64,000 bases of DNA from Eledone cirrhosa. Taxonomy: Eukaryota. Positions 11,425 through 26,260 of the stretch are shown in pieces. Every line of letters begins with the position of its first letter. The first letter of the stretch is position 1. Location of the stretch: assembly GCA_964016885.1 (NCBI GenBank), contig OZ024740.1, positions 403,000,001-403,064,000 of the forward strand, in the 5' to 3' direction. The notes under the pieces were generated by a model. It was not told where the DNA came from and searched no databases. It saw only the letters and a program-made list of their open reading frames with translations. The position numbers were made by a program, and so were the translations under genes.

Positions 11425-11428
11425 ACAC

Positions 11429-11479
<51 letters not shown>

Positions 11480-11480
11480 T
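10986..11480 (-). repeat. Inverted duplicate of 6963-7442 (SINE plus flank plus (CA)n(TA)n)
   Basis: Near-identical ORF translations on opposite strands (7239+ vs 10959-; 6927- vs 11205+). Confidence 0.9.
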
Positions 11481-11783
11481 AAAAGGAATTCCAACTTTGT
11501 CTGATTTACTCATTTTATATACAATCCTTTAAAATTTATAATGGTATTAGAATGAAATAGTGTGGTGACAGTCAAGTTTGCAATTTTCAACTGTTGAAAA
11601 TTGCAAACTTGACTGTCACCACACATTATGAACCTGAAGATTGCGAAAGCATGAAAGTACTTGTTCAATTAACACTTAACATTTAATATTCTACCATACT
11701 ATTTCCTTCTAATACCATTATAAATTTTAAAGATTGTAAATAAAACGAGTAAATCAGACAAAGTTGTAATTCCTTTTATTAAT
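11475..11783 (+). mobile_element. Nested fold-back element with an intact minimal hammerhead
   Basis: Outer arms ~11475-11563 and ~11695-11783; inner palindrome ~11560-11625; HHR at 11629-11667. Confidence 0.8.
11629..11667 (+). ncRNA. Minimal type-I hammerhead ribozyme
   Basis: TGAAC-CTGAAGA-T-TGC-GAAA-GCA-T-GAAA-GTAC-TT-GTTCA; 5-bp stem I, GNRA-capped stem II, palindromic AAGTACTT stem III. Confidence 0.8.
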
Positions 11784-11817
11784 ATAATCTTCTATACACA
11801 ATCATACACACCCGTGT

Positions 11818-11848
<31 letters not shown>

Positions 11849-11852
11849 CCTA

Positions 11853-11886
<34 letters not shown>

Positions 11887-11908
11887 CATATATGTATGTA
11901 TATATGTG

Positions 11909-11941
<33 letters not shown>

Positions 11942-12029
11942 ATATATATGTATATATATATATGTATATAAATATATATATATATATATATCTCTATATA
12001 TATACATATATATATACATATATATATAC

Positions 12030-12066
<37 letters not shown>

Positions 12067-12101
12067 TATACATATATATATACATATACATACATATATA
12101 T

Positions 12102-12213
<112 letters not shown>

Positions 12214-12231
12214 CGTTTCCGAAAGTATAAC

Positions 12232-12265
<34 letters not shown>

Positions 12266-12457
12266 ATATATAAATATATATACACATATACAACCACACA
12301 CACACACACATATATATATGTTATATATATATGACATCTCTGTCTGACGAACGGTCCATACATATATTATTATCGTCTGTGATTCAGAACCTTTGGTAAA
12401 GTAGTTATATTTCGTGTTGTTCACTTTCTAATTAAATATTTATATATATATATATAA

Positions 12458-12488
<31 letters not shown>

Positions 12489-12886
12489 TAAATATATATA
12501 TATGTATATATATATATATACAGATATATATATATATAAATATATATATATGTATATATATATATATACAGATATAGATATATATATATAGATATATATA
12601 TATAGATATATATACACACACACACATGTAGTTGTGTATGTATCCATTTTGCTAGAATAATATTCGGTGTGATATTTCCTGCCTTCGGTTACACTCCGGC
12701 ACTATTATGCAGGTGCAATGATAAAGGTATCAAGCTAAAATTATCAGTTTTTCTCTTAACTTTACTTTTGTTCCCAATTACAAGTAGACAGAAAATATAT
12801 AAATAACATCCAGCTTTTGTTTCTTATATTTTTATTTGATTCATTTTTTCATCACTGTTGTAGTTATTATTCTTACTATATAAACA

Positions 12887-13058
<172 letters not shown>

Positions 13059-13140
13059 TATGAGCATTCAGGAATGTGTTGCACGTATCGTAGAGAATGT
13101 ACATATGTATGTGTGAGTGTTTGTATATATATATATATAT

Positions 13141-13347
13141 AACGAAGGAAATGTGGTAAGGAACCAGGTGGACCATAACGCACCAAAGTAATCAATACTT
13201 AGGGTAGTAGAGTGGGTAATAGGAACGAGTAGGACCCCTACGGATGAGCTCAAGTCGTTTCGACGGCTAATTCTGGATTAAAATCTTTTAGTCCAGAATT
13301 AGCCGTCGAAACGGCTTGAGCTCAGCCGTCGGGGTCCTACTCGTTCC
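13141..13347 (-). mobile_element. Fold-back family A copy
   Basis: Tail plus palindrome centred on CTGGATTAAAA-TC-TTTTAGTCCAG; in (TA)n. Confidence 0.85.
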
Positions 13348-13413
13348 TATATATATATATATATATACATGTATGTATGTATGCATGCATGTATGTATGC
13401 ATGTATGTATGTA

Positions 13414-13449
<36 letters not shown>

Positions 13450-13659
13450 CATATATATAACGTGACACATTCTCACTTCGTGCCCTACCCTCGTTGATAT
13501 ATATACATATAGAGTAGGGCACGAAATGAGAATTTGTCAGGTTAACTATTGTTATGGAATATGAAGTAAATGTTCGTTGTTCTCTTAGTCTGCAAGTTTA
13601 TAACTTTACCGCTCACGATTACCTTCTTCCCCACATTAAGTTCAGTGTCAATATCCTCA

Positions 13660-13850
13660 CAATTGTTTCTACTTTTGGAACAAGGCCAGCAATTATCCAA
13701 TCCGTTACTGGTACTTTATGTTATCGACCCCGTAAGGATGAAAGCCAAAGTGAACCTCGGCGGGATTTGAATTTAGACCGTAAAGGGACGTAACTCTATG
13801 CTTCAAAGCATGGTGTCCGACTCTCTACCGATACTGCCAATCCACCGCCC
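13660..13850 (-). mobile_element. tRNA-derived SINE family 1
   Basis: Reverse complement of GGGCGGTGGATTGGCAGTATCGGTAGAG...GGGGTCGATAA...AGTACCAG...TTGCTGGCCTTG. Confidence 0.85.
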
Positions 13851-14025
13851 ATATAATATGCCAATAATGTGTCAATATCCTCGTAATGTAGTCTCATAAT
13901 CAGCGAGAATGTGGAGTTGGAATAAGAAGTTGATGAATGGAGTAGAATGGTATGGAGAGTGCAACAGACACAAGGAGAATATGAATTAAATTTATATATG
14001 TGTGTATGTGTCTGTTTATACGCGC

Positions 14026-14121
<96 letters not shown>

Positions 14122-14210
14122 TTATATATACATATATTTATATATACATATATATATATGTTTGTATTTATATATAATATGTATTTATATATATTATAGG
14201 AACAATATAA

Positions 14211-14356
14211 TCTACTAATATATAATACGTTTGTGTAACTGTCCGTCACATGACTGAGGAAGGAAGTGATGAGTCCGCGCAAGCAACGAACAAACATCTC
14301 TTTTAATATATTATGTATACATTTAGCGGCCATTTTTGACGGCCCTGGGCCAGCTG
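14211..14356 (+). mobile_element. Candidate short non-autonomous Helitron
   Basis: A|TCTACTAATATATAA 5' end; subterminal hairpin GGCC-ATTTTTGAC-GGCC followed by CAGCTG (degenerate CTAG). Confidence 0.45.
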
Positions 14357-14359
14357 CTA

Positions 14360-15381
<1,022 letters not shown>

Positions 15382-15409
15382 GGAATGTAGTAAAGTGACA
15401 AACGAGTTG

Positions 15410-15787
15410 ATATATATAAACAAATAGTAAAAGGGAAAACAATACAGTAGAAAATGATGGAGGGATTTTCAGTATAATATCAAAACATTTATTTATAAAG
15501 TGGGGGTTTCCGCATTTAGTCGTGAACCGGTTTTAGCATTATATGCTTTTTCAACGATCGAAGTGTAAAGGGCAATTAAATTGCATATTTATACGAATAA
15601 TAATAAAATGGAGAAGAAAAATTATTAGTTTTTACATACATATTTAGGGAGGAAAGTTCATGTTTCTGTCCGAGGCTTTCTTTCGCTCTCTGCGGAAACC
15701 CCCACTTTATAAATAAATGTTTTGATATCATACTGAAAAGCTCCTTCCAGCATTTTCTACTGTATTTTTTTACCTTTTTACTATTTG

Positions 15788-15795
<8 letters not shown>
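15410..15795. mobile_element. Fold-back element with decayed hammerhead-like motif
   Basis: Arms ~15410-15513 and ~15692-15795; minus 15520-15557 TCGT-TGAAAA-AGCAT-ATA-ATGCT-AAAACCGGTTC-ACGA. Confidence 0.7.
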
Positions 15796-15820
<25 letters not shown>

Positions 15821-15823
<3 letters not shown>

Positions 15824-16093
15824 ATCCACTTTTCTAAAAAATAAATCATACCCAAAACGCCAGCACCAACAGTTTTGCAAGAGATGTCAACATGAATGGA
15901 CCTGTTATTCTTATCTAAAGACATTTTTCCAATTCCAACCCGCCCGTCCTCTCAATCTATCTTATTTCTCATTCTTTCTTATGATGAAGGACTAGCACCC
16001 GAAATGTTAAGACCCTCTTCCTGTTATATCAAGCGTTAACCTAATATATCCCTTCCATATACTGTACCGATTGTGTTGTTATTTCTGTTTACC

Positions 16094-16098
<5 letters not shown>
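15821..16098 (+). mobile_element. Decayed PLE 3' end with degenerate HHR
   Basis: TCTT-ATGATGA-AGG...CC-GAAATGTT-AAGA at 15977-16012; related pieces at ~57090-57200 and ~32676-32735. Confidence 0.55.
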
Positions 16099-16186
<88 letters not shown>

Positions 16187-17094
16187 ATTAGCTGGTATAG
16201 TGAAAATAGATAAAGATATTGCGAGAAAGTCGTTCACGAATGAACATATCGATGAAGAGTGAGCAAGAAATAATTGAAAAATCTGGGTGAAGACTGGAAT
16301 TCACAGTAAAGGAGGATGAGAGAGAATGAGAAAGTGTAAGAAAGATGGAGGAAGAAAGTATATGTGAGAATGCGAATAAGAGAGAAAGAAAGTGTGTATG
16401 TGTGTGTGTGTGCGCGTGTATGTGTGTGTACGTGTGTGTGCGTGCTAGATAGAAATAAACATAGAAAGGGAGAGATACGAAATGTGGACAAAAATATATG
16501 ACGGGATTATAGGAGAAACACGTAGATAATCTAGACAGGGTGACGAAGAGTGAGAGGCAGAAATAAACCTGATAGCCGTGAATGAGAAGGCGTATGTATG
16601 TACGGATATATGTTTGTTTATAGATGCATATGTGTGGGGGGGGGGGTGTTACCCACCTTAGACCTCACAAGATCTTTTATGAAGTAACTTCAGTTATCTT
16701 ATTTTCCCCGAAGACAAGCAAACCTCGGGTGGATCATGAGACAACTTTTGGGCCAATATAAGGGCAGATGTTGAAGCCTCAGATATCAAGCAACTACATT
16801 GAGGAACATTAACAATATTTTAACTCTATAGATAACACGGAGTACATTTCCCCTTCACCCTGCCTACCTAAACTCTTGACAATACACCAACACACACAGA
16901 CACAGAAACATTATATATATAAGATAGAGAGAGATAGGAGAGAGTGAGAGAGCGAGATAAATCAGGATTATACCAGTATAAACTAGTAAGACCATAATTT
17001 AGCCGAGCACTCGATGCTTGAGGGCTCGACGTCTGAGCTCTTGCTGTTTCGACAGCAAGAGCCTAACCGCGCTATCTAATCTCTTGCAATAACC

Positions 17095-17575
17095 TTTCAT
17101 ACTCGCTGGACCCGTTTTTCTAATCGTCTCTAGACATTTTTGTCGATGGTGCGATTAACTGTCAGTGTTGGAGGTAAATATTATTTGTCAACAATACCAC
17201 GGATGTCGGAAAATTGATAACCAATGTTTTCATTCTGGATTTACTCATGCGTGCTTTCTTCGGACGACGAGAATTTTTTGTGTACCACTCTTCACTTTAC
17301 TATTGTGTCTCTGGATCATAATCTAACACCCATGATTCATCTGTTATTATTTTATCGATGGAACTTGTCTCAATTTTGAGTTTTTCTAGGATATCCTAAC
17401 AAATTTCCAACCGGTTCGCTCATTGCTCCATAGACAAGTGTTTGGGCTCTACATTTGCACACATTTTTCGCATATGCAAATGGTTTGTTAAACTTCTGTG
17501 ATTTGCATTTATATCCAAGCTCGTTTCTTCTGCAATCATCCTAACACAATCGGTGATCTTTTGCGATGGGCCTGG
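17095..17575 (-). pseudogene. Decayed mariner transposase fragment
   Basis: Minus translation with stops and frameshifts: VRMIAEE...HMRKMCANVEPKHLS...KIITDESWVLDYDPET..SEEWYTKNSRRPKKARMSKSRMKTLVI..DIRGIV. Confidence 0.85.
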
Positions 17576-19199
17576 ACTTAAAACTATGTGGTAGTAAAGC
17601 GAACTTCATAACCAAACATTCAAGCCTATATTTGTGTGTGTGTGTGCGTATGTGTGTGCGTGTGCGTTCTGTTTTAGGCGCAATACGTAATTAAACATTT
17701 AATATATTATATATATATATATTTAATGTCCATGGGTATCGGCTTGTCCATTGGTGCCGATGATGAAGCAATATGCATCGCCAACTCTCCACTTTTCTCC
17801 ATCGTGTTTGGGATCAGGCACAGCAGAGTTAAACATGCAATAATTTTCAAGTAAATGTCGCGAAAGAGAATTTTTAACTTCATAATTGAAGAAAGAAATA
17901 AGTAAAATGTGGCGGAAGGGGTATAAAGAATTCCGTATTTAATATACTGTATCAACTAAACGGCTTTAATACTATCTCGTAAAGACGTTAAAGGCAAGAA
18001 ACGTTCTCCCCCAAACAATAAGATACTGCTATCACATCATAATATTACATATATATTAGATACGTATATTAAATAGATTCTTTATGTCTTCATTTTAGTT
18101 TAAAACTGTTGATGTGTTTTATCTATCGTATCTTTCTTTTTTATGGCTTACTCAAAGGAGGAAGGGCTGTACATATGACTTGTTCCAAATGCCTGTAACA
18201 GAGTGGATTCATCTAAAGGCTCCCAATCGTGGAGATATTAAACCGGAAGATGAATTAAATCTACGTCTATTTGCCCCAGGACTAGGTTCATGCCTCTTCC
18301 CTGCTGGAAGACACTATACGCTTAGTCAATGTTTCCTGCAGTAAACCGGATATTTATTTCCGAATATAAGAGGGTACACTAAACAGAAAAAAAATCATTT
18401 GTTATGATCCAAAGAAATAGAAACTATATTCTATCGCGCAAATGAGGAAACCTTCACAGGGTCCTCAAGCTGATAGAAACAGCTGCCTAGACTACCTAAA
18501 ATCACATCTTGTCATCCAAAAGATGAAAAAAAGTGGTACATTGTATAATGTGATCCTTATGCACTATACACTCAAACTGGAAAAGTTGGAATGTTTATGG
18601 CTGGAAAATCTTTGATCACCGTTACTGAAACACCAGCGATGAGTCTCGAAAAGGTCTTCAACAGCAGACAGGATATAGATTCCATCAAATCAACCAATGC
18701 CAACCTGGAGAGTTGTTTAGTTGCTGTGGACAGGTCTATCGCTTTAGAAATATAAGGAACGTCTGCAGTGCATCAGATTGAGGGACTTTAAAATACAGTA
18801 ATTGATTTGACGGAAATAAAAGACAGCTGAGGCGGTCCAGCAGGCTGACGTGTGGTGGAAGCACAACATCCTATTTGTGAATGTGACACAAAGCAGGGCT
18901 GGACTACTTACTTCAGTATCAATCCATGTTCATACTTCGAGTAGGAATCGATGCAGGGAAAGGTGCGGGCATCGATAGATGAGGATCGAGTTAGCAGTGA
19001 CATTGCGACACAAAGGTGTTTGCGTGAAGTGAGAATAGACGATGCAGTCGAATAATTACCGGGCAGAACATCTGGAAATGGAACCCACAGAGGGTCAAGT
19101 TCTTGATTTAGAGTGTCTATAATTACTTGCAGAGAACATCCAACATGTTTCCGTGAGGCACAGTACGATCAACAACACACCAGCTTTATTTCAAAGCTG

Positions 19200-19570
19200 C
19201 CCCAATACTCTGGCTGAAAGGTGCCACCATCAGAAACAATCCACTTAGAAAGGAAGGTGAGTGTGGGAGGGAAGTGCTGCACTCCAGTACATTTGTTGAA
19301 ATATGGGTGAATGTAGGGAGGATAACCCTTTTGAATGGGCATACTCAGAGCATGGGTCTGTTAGATGGAGAGTTCAGAGAGGAAAGGGGCATGTTCTTAG
19401 GGTGCTTGGAGAGTATGGTGGTTTCGTATCAGTGGGGGTTCCCAAATTACCCAATGATGATACTCCCTCCTATTGGAGAATTCTGTTGTTATTAGTTGTG
19501 ATCTGTTTTCATTCATTTACACGTTTTATGAAAATGTTAAGTGTCTCTGCTCTTTTCTATTGTCTTTTAT
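19200..19570 (+). mobile_element. Old decayed Tx1-family 3' end (relic may extend back to ~18640)
   Basis: EVLHSSTFVEIWVNVGRITLLNGHTQSM matches the ORF2 C-terminus of the 26-31 kb LINE; shared 3'UTR motif CTCCCTCCTATTGGAGAATT. Confidence 0.65.
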
Positions 19571-19589
19571 GTTTCGGCACTATTAATAT

Positions 19590-19750
19590 TGGCAGTATCG
19601 GTAGGGGGTTGGACGCCATGCTTTGTAGCACAGAGTTACGGCCCTTTGTGGTCCGAGTTCAAATCCCGCCGAGGTTACCTTTGTCTTTCATCCTTACGTG
19701 GTCGATAAGATAAAGTACCAGCAATACACTGGTATAAATGTAGAAACAAT
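19590..19750 (+). mobile_element. tRNA-derived SINE family 1
   Basis: TTGGCAGTATCGGTAGGGG...GAGTTCAAATCCCGCCGAGG...GTCGATAAGATAAAGTACCAG. Confidence 0.8.
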
Positions 19751-20142
19751 TATTACTATCATCATCATCATCATTATTATAGCTAATATGGTTGTGTAAT
19801 CGGTCGGACTAAGATCAAGGGAAAAACAATATATATATATATATTCAAAGATTCGTAGACACACCCATGGATGCTATTCCTATATTCATACACAGATATG
19901 ACTACACATTCAGATGTTGTATCCGATGACACTTACAACTTTCTTACTCACGCTTTCCAATTCATTAACGCGCTAAAACATCAATTTGCTGCAAAAGGCT
20001 GTTACAGCTGCATTCTTATCTGTCACGCAAATACACTCACACATACATGCACACACACACACGCTCTCTCTCATTCTCTCACACACACACACCACACACA
20101 CACACTCACACACACTCACACACTCACACACGTACGTATATA

Positions 20143-20224
<82 letters not shown>

Positions 20225-20229
20225 CACAC

Positions 20230-20312
<83 letters not shown>

Positions 20313-20662
20313 CAAATGGATTATTTATTAGATCTCACGCAATGTGCATTTATCCCAAACGGTTGAATGGATTTATTTGCACATGCGAGTGTATTTATGT
20401 GCAAATTTATGTTAGGTACGTCTACTGCTAAATTTGCTCGTACATGGTGATAAAACCAAGAGAAATTGTTGCTCTCTAGTAATTGTTTTTCTTGTCTTGA
20501 TACAGTATTAGTGCATACTGTATTACAAAATCTGTACAAATATAAATGTCCAGCCTATTTATGTCGTTATACTTAGTCTTGAAAGTTATGAAACGAGATT
20601 TGACTAAATCAAGAAAATTAATATTTTATTGATATGACTGAATGGTTATCTAGATAAATAAA

Positions 20663-21661
20663 ACCGAGAAAACTGGGCGCCTGGCACACTGAGTGTGCCC
20701 AGGCGCTCACCGCCCTCTGGCAGGCGGATCCGGTTATCAGTGGAGACTCCACCGCAACATTCTATAGAGGGCTGGTACGCAGCAGGTGCGACGACGCCCT
20801 CGGAGAAGCCCTAGACATGGAGGAGGACGAACTGGCCGGCCTGTTCGGTAGGACATTCAGCCCGGGACCTATGGACAACTTCCAGAAGTCCCTGGCCTGG
20901 CAGTGCTACCGAGGGGCTTTACCCGTTCGAGAAAGGCTCTACAGACACGGGCGCCCGGGTAGGGACCCCGCCAAAAAGATCTGTCCCAGATGCGTGTGCG
21001 ACGAGGAAACCGTTGCACACGCATTGGTACACTGCTCGGGCGTAGCCGATCTGTGGGGCTATGTCGAACAACTGCTGTCAAGGGTGGGACCGATCCGGTT
21101 GACCACCGAGTCTATTGTAATGATCAAGCCGCCTCCCCCCTTCAAAGATGAAGCAGAGGCGGTGTTTCTGTGCGTAATAGCCATGGCGAAAGAGGTTGTA
21201 TGGTGGACGCGTCTGAAAGGACTGAGGTCAGGCACCTTTCTCTCTGGCCAACAACTGGTCCGTTTCTTCCGATATCATTTCGGAAGAAGGGTCAGGATGG
21301 AGAGAGAGGTGCTGCACCCCAGTCGTTTTTATGAAAGGTGGGTGAAAGTGGCGAGAATGGCCCGTGTGAATGGGCCTTCTCTTTACATAAGCCTGTAGGT
21401 GGAAAAGAGGAAGGAACGAGGGAGCACCCCCTCTCTGTGCTCCTGAGGAAAAGGGTTGCACACTTTTTTCGGGGGTGTGTGCGACCCCCCAAGGCGCCTC
21501 CTCTCTATTGAGGATTTTGTTAAAAATTTTATTTTTTGTTATATCTTATTTTATTTTTATATTTTGTTATTGCCTCCTCCTTATTGAGGACGCCTTTTTG
21601 TGTAAACTCCCCCCTTTGTACTTGTCCCACTTTTGATGCCCTAGTGGCAAATAAAAGAAAC
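20663..21661 (+). mobile_element. 5'-truncated Tx1-family LINE with 17-bp TSD
   Basis: Open ORF2 C-terminus (MDNFQKSLAWQCYRGALPVR, CPRC..ET..HALVHC knuckle); TSD TTATCTAGATAAATAAA at 20646-20662 and 21662-21678. Confidence 0.92.
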
Positions 21662-22297
21662 TTATCTAGATAAATAAAGGAAATGTTATTGAATGATTAA
21701 ATACGAAAGGGTGTATATAATACAAATTTGCACACATACACATTTGCCTTTCATCATAAGGGTCGATAAAATAAAGTACCAGTAACGCACTGGGGTCGAT
21801 TTAACCGACTGTTCCTCTTCTCTTCAGATTGCTGGCCTTGTGCAAAAAGTAGAAATAATTATTTAGACGCCATGAAAATAATCTGAAAATACACAATCCT
21901 GCACAAATTAACTACATTCTACTATTTGTATTGGGCCTAGTTTCTTTAGTACGTTTACACCAACGTTTTTCTGTGAGTTTGTGTTAATGACTGTATCATC
22001 CTCGTCGTCACCACCGTCTTGTCTGTCATCGTCACTAGCATGGGTTGGACGAGATGTTATATTCTAAGACTTGACGGGTCAGCTGACAACGCCTTCCCCG
22101 TACGTACCAAATAAACTTGATGTCAATATTCTTCCTAATAACAAGAGTGCATCGGTGCATTTGTGGATTTCAGTGTGGAATTAATACGAGGGATTTGGTT
22201 TATATGTTTCGATCTGGATAGAGAAAACTGCTAGACAGAAATATATATATGTATGTGTGTACACATATATATACACACACACATACATAATACATGC

Positions 22298-22348
<51 letters not shown>

Positions 22349-22439
22349 CCACACCCTACCCCATCCCCCCTTTCCCGTTCCGTTCACTGTGTCGAAGACA
22401 CAACAGTCCACACTGTACGGTGGTCGTGTAGGAGACACG

Positions 22440-22640
22440 TTAAAAAGGCTCCCAGTCCACACTGTTAATGTGGTTGGTGTTAGGAAGGGCATCCAGCTGT
22501 AAAAAAAATCTGTCAGGGCCACTTCCGTGCGAGTGAGACACGGTCTCCCGACCATTCCCGCATAAAATGGAATAAAACCGTCTAACCCATGCTAGCGTGG
22601 AAGATGGACGTTAAACGATGAAGATAATGATGATGATGAT
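22440..22640 (+). mobile_element. SINE/LINE-tail fragment (RTE-related type)
   Basis: GGTTGGTGTTAGGAAGGGCATCCAGCTGTAAAA...AACCCATGCTAGCGTGGAAGATGGACGTTAAAC then (GAT)n tail. Confidence 0.55.
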
Positions 22641-22912
22641 GATGATATATATATATATATATATATATATGCAGGTTGTTTATAATTAAAGCAGGGCTAC
22701 AGGGAAAAAGATGTTCACTATTACCCCGGTGATAAATAAATATTGAAGATTTCGGCTATATTTAAGGTAGAAGTATCAAGTTTCTTAATTAGAAACCTTA
22801 ACTGTGGAAAAAATGTCAATCATAGAAACATTAATTCTGTGATGAGGATACATGTCTATCTCCCTTTCTCTCTCTCTCCCCCCTTCTCTCCCTCTCTCTC
22901 TCTCTCTATCTA

Positions 22913-22995
<83 letters not shown>

Positions 22996-23620
22996 CTAGC
23001 GCGAGTAAAATTCCCGAGATCCATGGACGAGTTCTCTCCACCGGTCTCTGTCCCTCATTATCGCTGCCATGTCCTGCGTCTCCAACAGACCAGTGTCTGT
23101 CCTTAGGGCATCAACATACGTTAAACTTGTTCTTCCTCTTCCAGTGTAGGGGCTCCCACAGGAGCACTGAGTGCAATATCAACTCTGGATATCGGTGAGC
23201 ATGTCCAGCTCACCTCAGTCTCCTCTGTGTCACTTTTGAGCTGACTTTTAGGAGGCTCCCATACAGCTCTGAGTTTTTCATACTCAGTGTATACTGGTAG
23301 AGAATGTTGAAAAGCCAGAGGGGATCACTAATGTAGGCGGGAAGCCGCTAGAATTGGTTTAGGACTTCCTGTATTTGGGAGCGAAGATTGGGAATACGGA
23401 AGATGATATGGTTGAGAGGAAGAGCAAGGCCTGGGCGGCGTGCCACAGCTTGAGATCGGTGTGGAAGTCGGAACTTCGTAAAGAATTGAAAATCCGCCTC
23501 TTCATTGCTGTAGTGGAGTATGTGCTGCTGTACGGGTCTGAGACTTGGACACTGACCAAGAAACTCACTCAGATGGTGGATGGGTGCTACACGAGAATGC
23601 TGAGGATGACTCTGAACATA
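22996..23620 (-). mobile_element. RTE-clade LINE 3' fragment with 5' inversion
   Basis: Plus ~23357-23620: FLYLG...LKIRLFIAVVEYVLLYGSETWTLTK...MLRMTLNI; minus ~23290-22996: MKNSELYG...RRLR*AGHAHR...LLWEP...LTYVDAL...MRDRDRWR. Confidence 0.85.
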
Positions 23621-24628
23621 TATATATATTTTCGAAACATTGAACGGGTTTGAAATTATAAATATAAGCTATCGCCGTATTTTGACTAAAGAAATTAAAG
23701 AAATTATTTAGCCTGATAGTGGGCTTAAGAACCCTCGGTGAAATGGAAAAAGATGAGTATTGACGTACATGTACTCTAGTATGTGTGTTTGATTATGTGT
23801 TGGCAACAGATTCATTAATAGCGGTGTGTGGCAAGTCCTGGTATAAAAACCGTTGGCAGTATCTTGGCGCCCTTTTAATCCAGTCTTACTGATAATAACA
23901 TGATAATTCAGCTGCCAGTACAATTATTATGCCTCTGTCATAAAACGTAGGAGACTCAATTCTAAAATTTATTGGAAACTCATCTGCTTCGTTATCACAG
24001 CAGATCATGATGTTAAAAACATGATTCTATGCTAAGTCTAATAAAATAAATAATAAATGAAATAAATAATTGAAGCAAATATTCTACAGAGTATTATGAT
24101 TCTCTATGATATTTGAAATATAGTTTCTTCAACCGGATGTGTTTTCATCTGGATTTCGTTTGTAATTTTTTCTTATATTTTTGCTATTGTTGTTGCTTTT
24201 GTTGTTGTCGCCAAGATATATCATATCATGTAAATACGGTAAAAGATTTTCTGTAAACTCTGTAGTAAATTCAGAGCTAGCCACAATTTCCGTTATACGA
24301 CAAGCTGAAAGTCTCAAGCTGACAAATTACCAGTCGCTCAATGATAGGCTTCTAGTCGAAATCCTTAGTTGTAAAAATTTCTTTTGACTATGTCTGCTGT
24401 TTCAAGGCCAGCCTCGTGAGGAATATCAACATTTTCAATGAGATGTACTCGTAGTTCTTAAGTCCATCATTGTCCCGATATGTGTCACGCTCAATTTCCT
24501 TGTGGAATATATTAAAGGAACACGTGTCTGCTGCAAGTGAATTTCATCCACAGGCTCTTCCGTCGTTCGTATCAAGTGGAACACTCACCATCGGAATCGA
24601 TGGCGCTTCAACATATTTGTGTGTGTAT

Positions 24629-24695
<67 letters not shown>

Positions 24696-24696
24696 C

Positions 24697-24779
<83 letters not shown>

Positions 24780-24804
24780 TATGTGTGTGTGTGTGTGTGT
24801 GTGT

Positions 24805-24840
<36 letters not shown>

Positions 24841-24879
24841 CTGTATGTATGTATGTATGTATAAAAACCGTCATCTATG

Positions 24880-26217
24880 GAAGACCATATAGACAATTTC
24901 AGGCCCATAACTCCGCTAAAGCAGAGTTTAAAATTTTGATCAAGTTGTTAGAATGGTCTTGTATGGGAGGGGCAATCATGTGCCATTCTGGACAGATCCA
25001 ACCACAACAACCTGCACTTCATTCGATAGATCATAGAAAGGGTAGCTAAGGAACCTGGCACGGGTGGGACCCTGATCAAATTAGATCAATCAAAGGCTTT
25101 CGATATAGGCTAGTATCACTACCTTGCGACCGTCCTGAAACGAGCCCGCTTGGGGCTCGTTTTTAGGCGCTGGATCTGTACAATGCACAGCGACATCTGC
25201 TCTATGGTTAGAGTGAACAGTCACCTTTCGGAACCATTCAACATTATGCGCTCGATCCGTGTAGTGACTCTTGGGTCATTACTATACAGATTGGAGCGGG
25301 AGCGTTAGGAGATTGGAATGTCTTCAAGCGCTCACAGCCTTCAGCCAATCGGACACCTTAGCGTTCTATAGAGGGTCAGTGGCAAAGTGAAAATGACGAT
25401 GTTGTCCGGTAGACTCTGGACCTTGAAAATCAATTAGCTGCTGTTTTCCAGAGGACTTTAGGTCCAGAGCCCATGGATAACTTCCAGAAATTCTTAGCCT
25501 AGCAGTGCGACCGAGGGGCTTTGACAGTTCGAAATGAGCTCTACAGCCATGGAGATGCCGTCCGCCGGGCCTTTCCGAGGTGGGCGTAGGGCGACGAAAC
25601 CCCCTACATGCACTCATCGAGTGTCCGAGTATTGCTGACCTGTGGTCTTGTTTCGGGCACCTGCTGTCACGAGTAGAACGGATCCGACTATCAACTGCGC
25701 CCATTGTGAATATCGCCCCACTGTCTTCTTTCAGTGGACAAGGAAAGACAGTTTTTATCTGCCTGGTGGTCATGGCGAAAGATGTCGTGTGCTGGACACG
25801 TTTGAATGCGTTGAAGACAGCCACTTTCGTTTCCGATGAAGCGCTGATTAACTTTTTGAGGTTTCACTTGAAGAGGAAAATCAGGCTGGAGAGAGAAGTG
25901 CTGCCTTCTAACCAGTTTATTGAAACATGGGTGAGAGTCGCGTGCATGGTCCATGTGAATGGACCTGCCTTGAGCATATACCTGTAGATTTGAGAACAAC
26001 TGGGAGAGTACCCTAGCTGACAGTGTGATCGTCACTTCTTGTGGGATTTCGCCAAAGAGAACTTTGGAGTCTCCTCACCTCTGGGGAATTTGCTATGTTT
26101 GTTTTTTAAATGTTTATTTTTCATTATGAATTTTATTTTACACGAAACATCCACTGTAACGTCCTGCACCGTCTTTAATGTTTCCTTAATATAAGCCCTG
26201 TGTGGCTAATAAAAAAT
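24880..26217 (+). mobile_element. Decayed, internally deleted Tx1-family LINE
   Basis: IDNFRPIT.., LDQSKAFD, VNSHLSEPFNIMRSIR and C-terminal HALIECPSIADLW collinear with ORF2 at 28047-31301; AATAAA then (ATT)n tail. Confidence 0.88.
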
Positions 26218-26220
26218 TAC

Positions 26221-26260
<40 letters not shown>

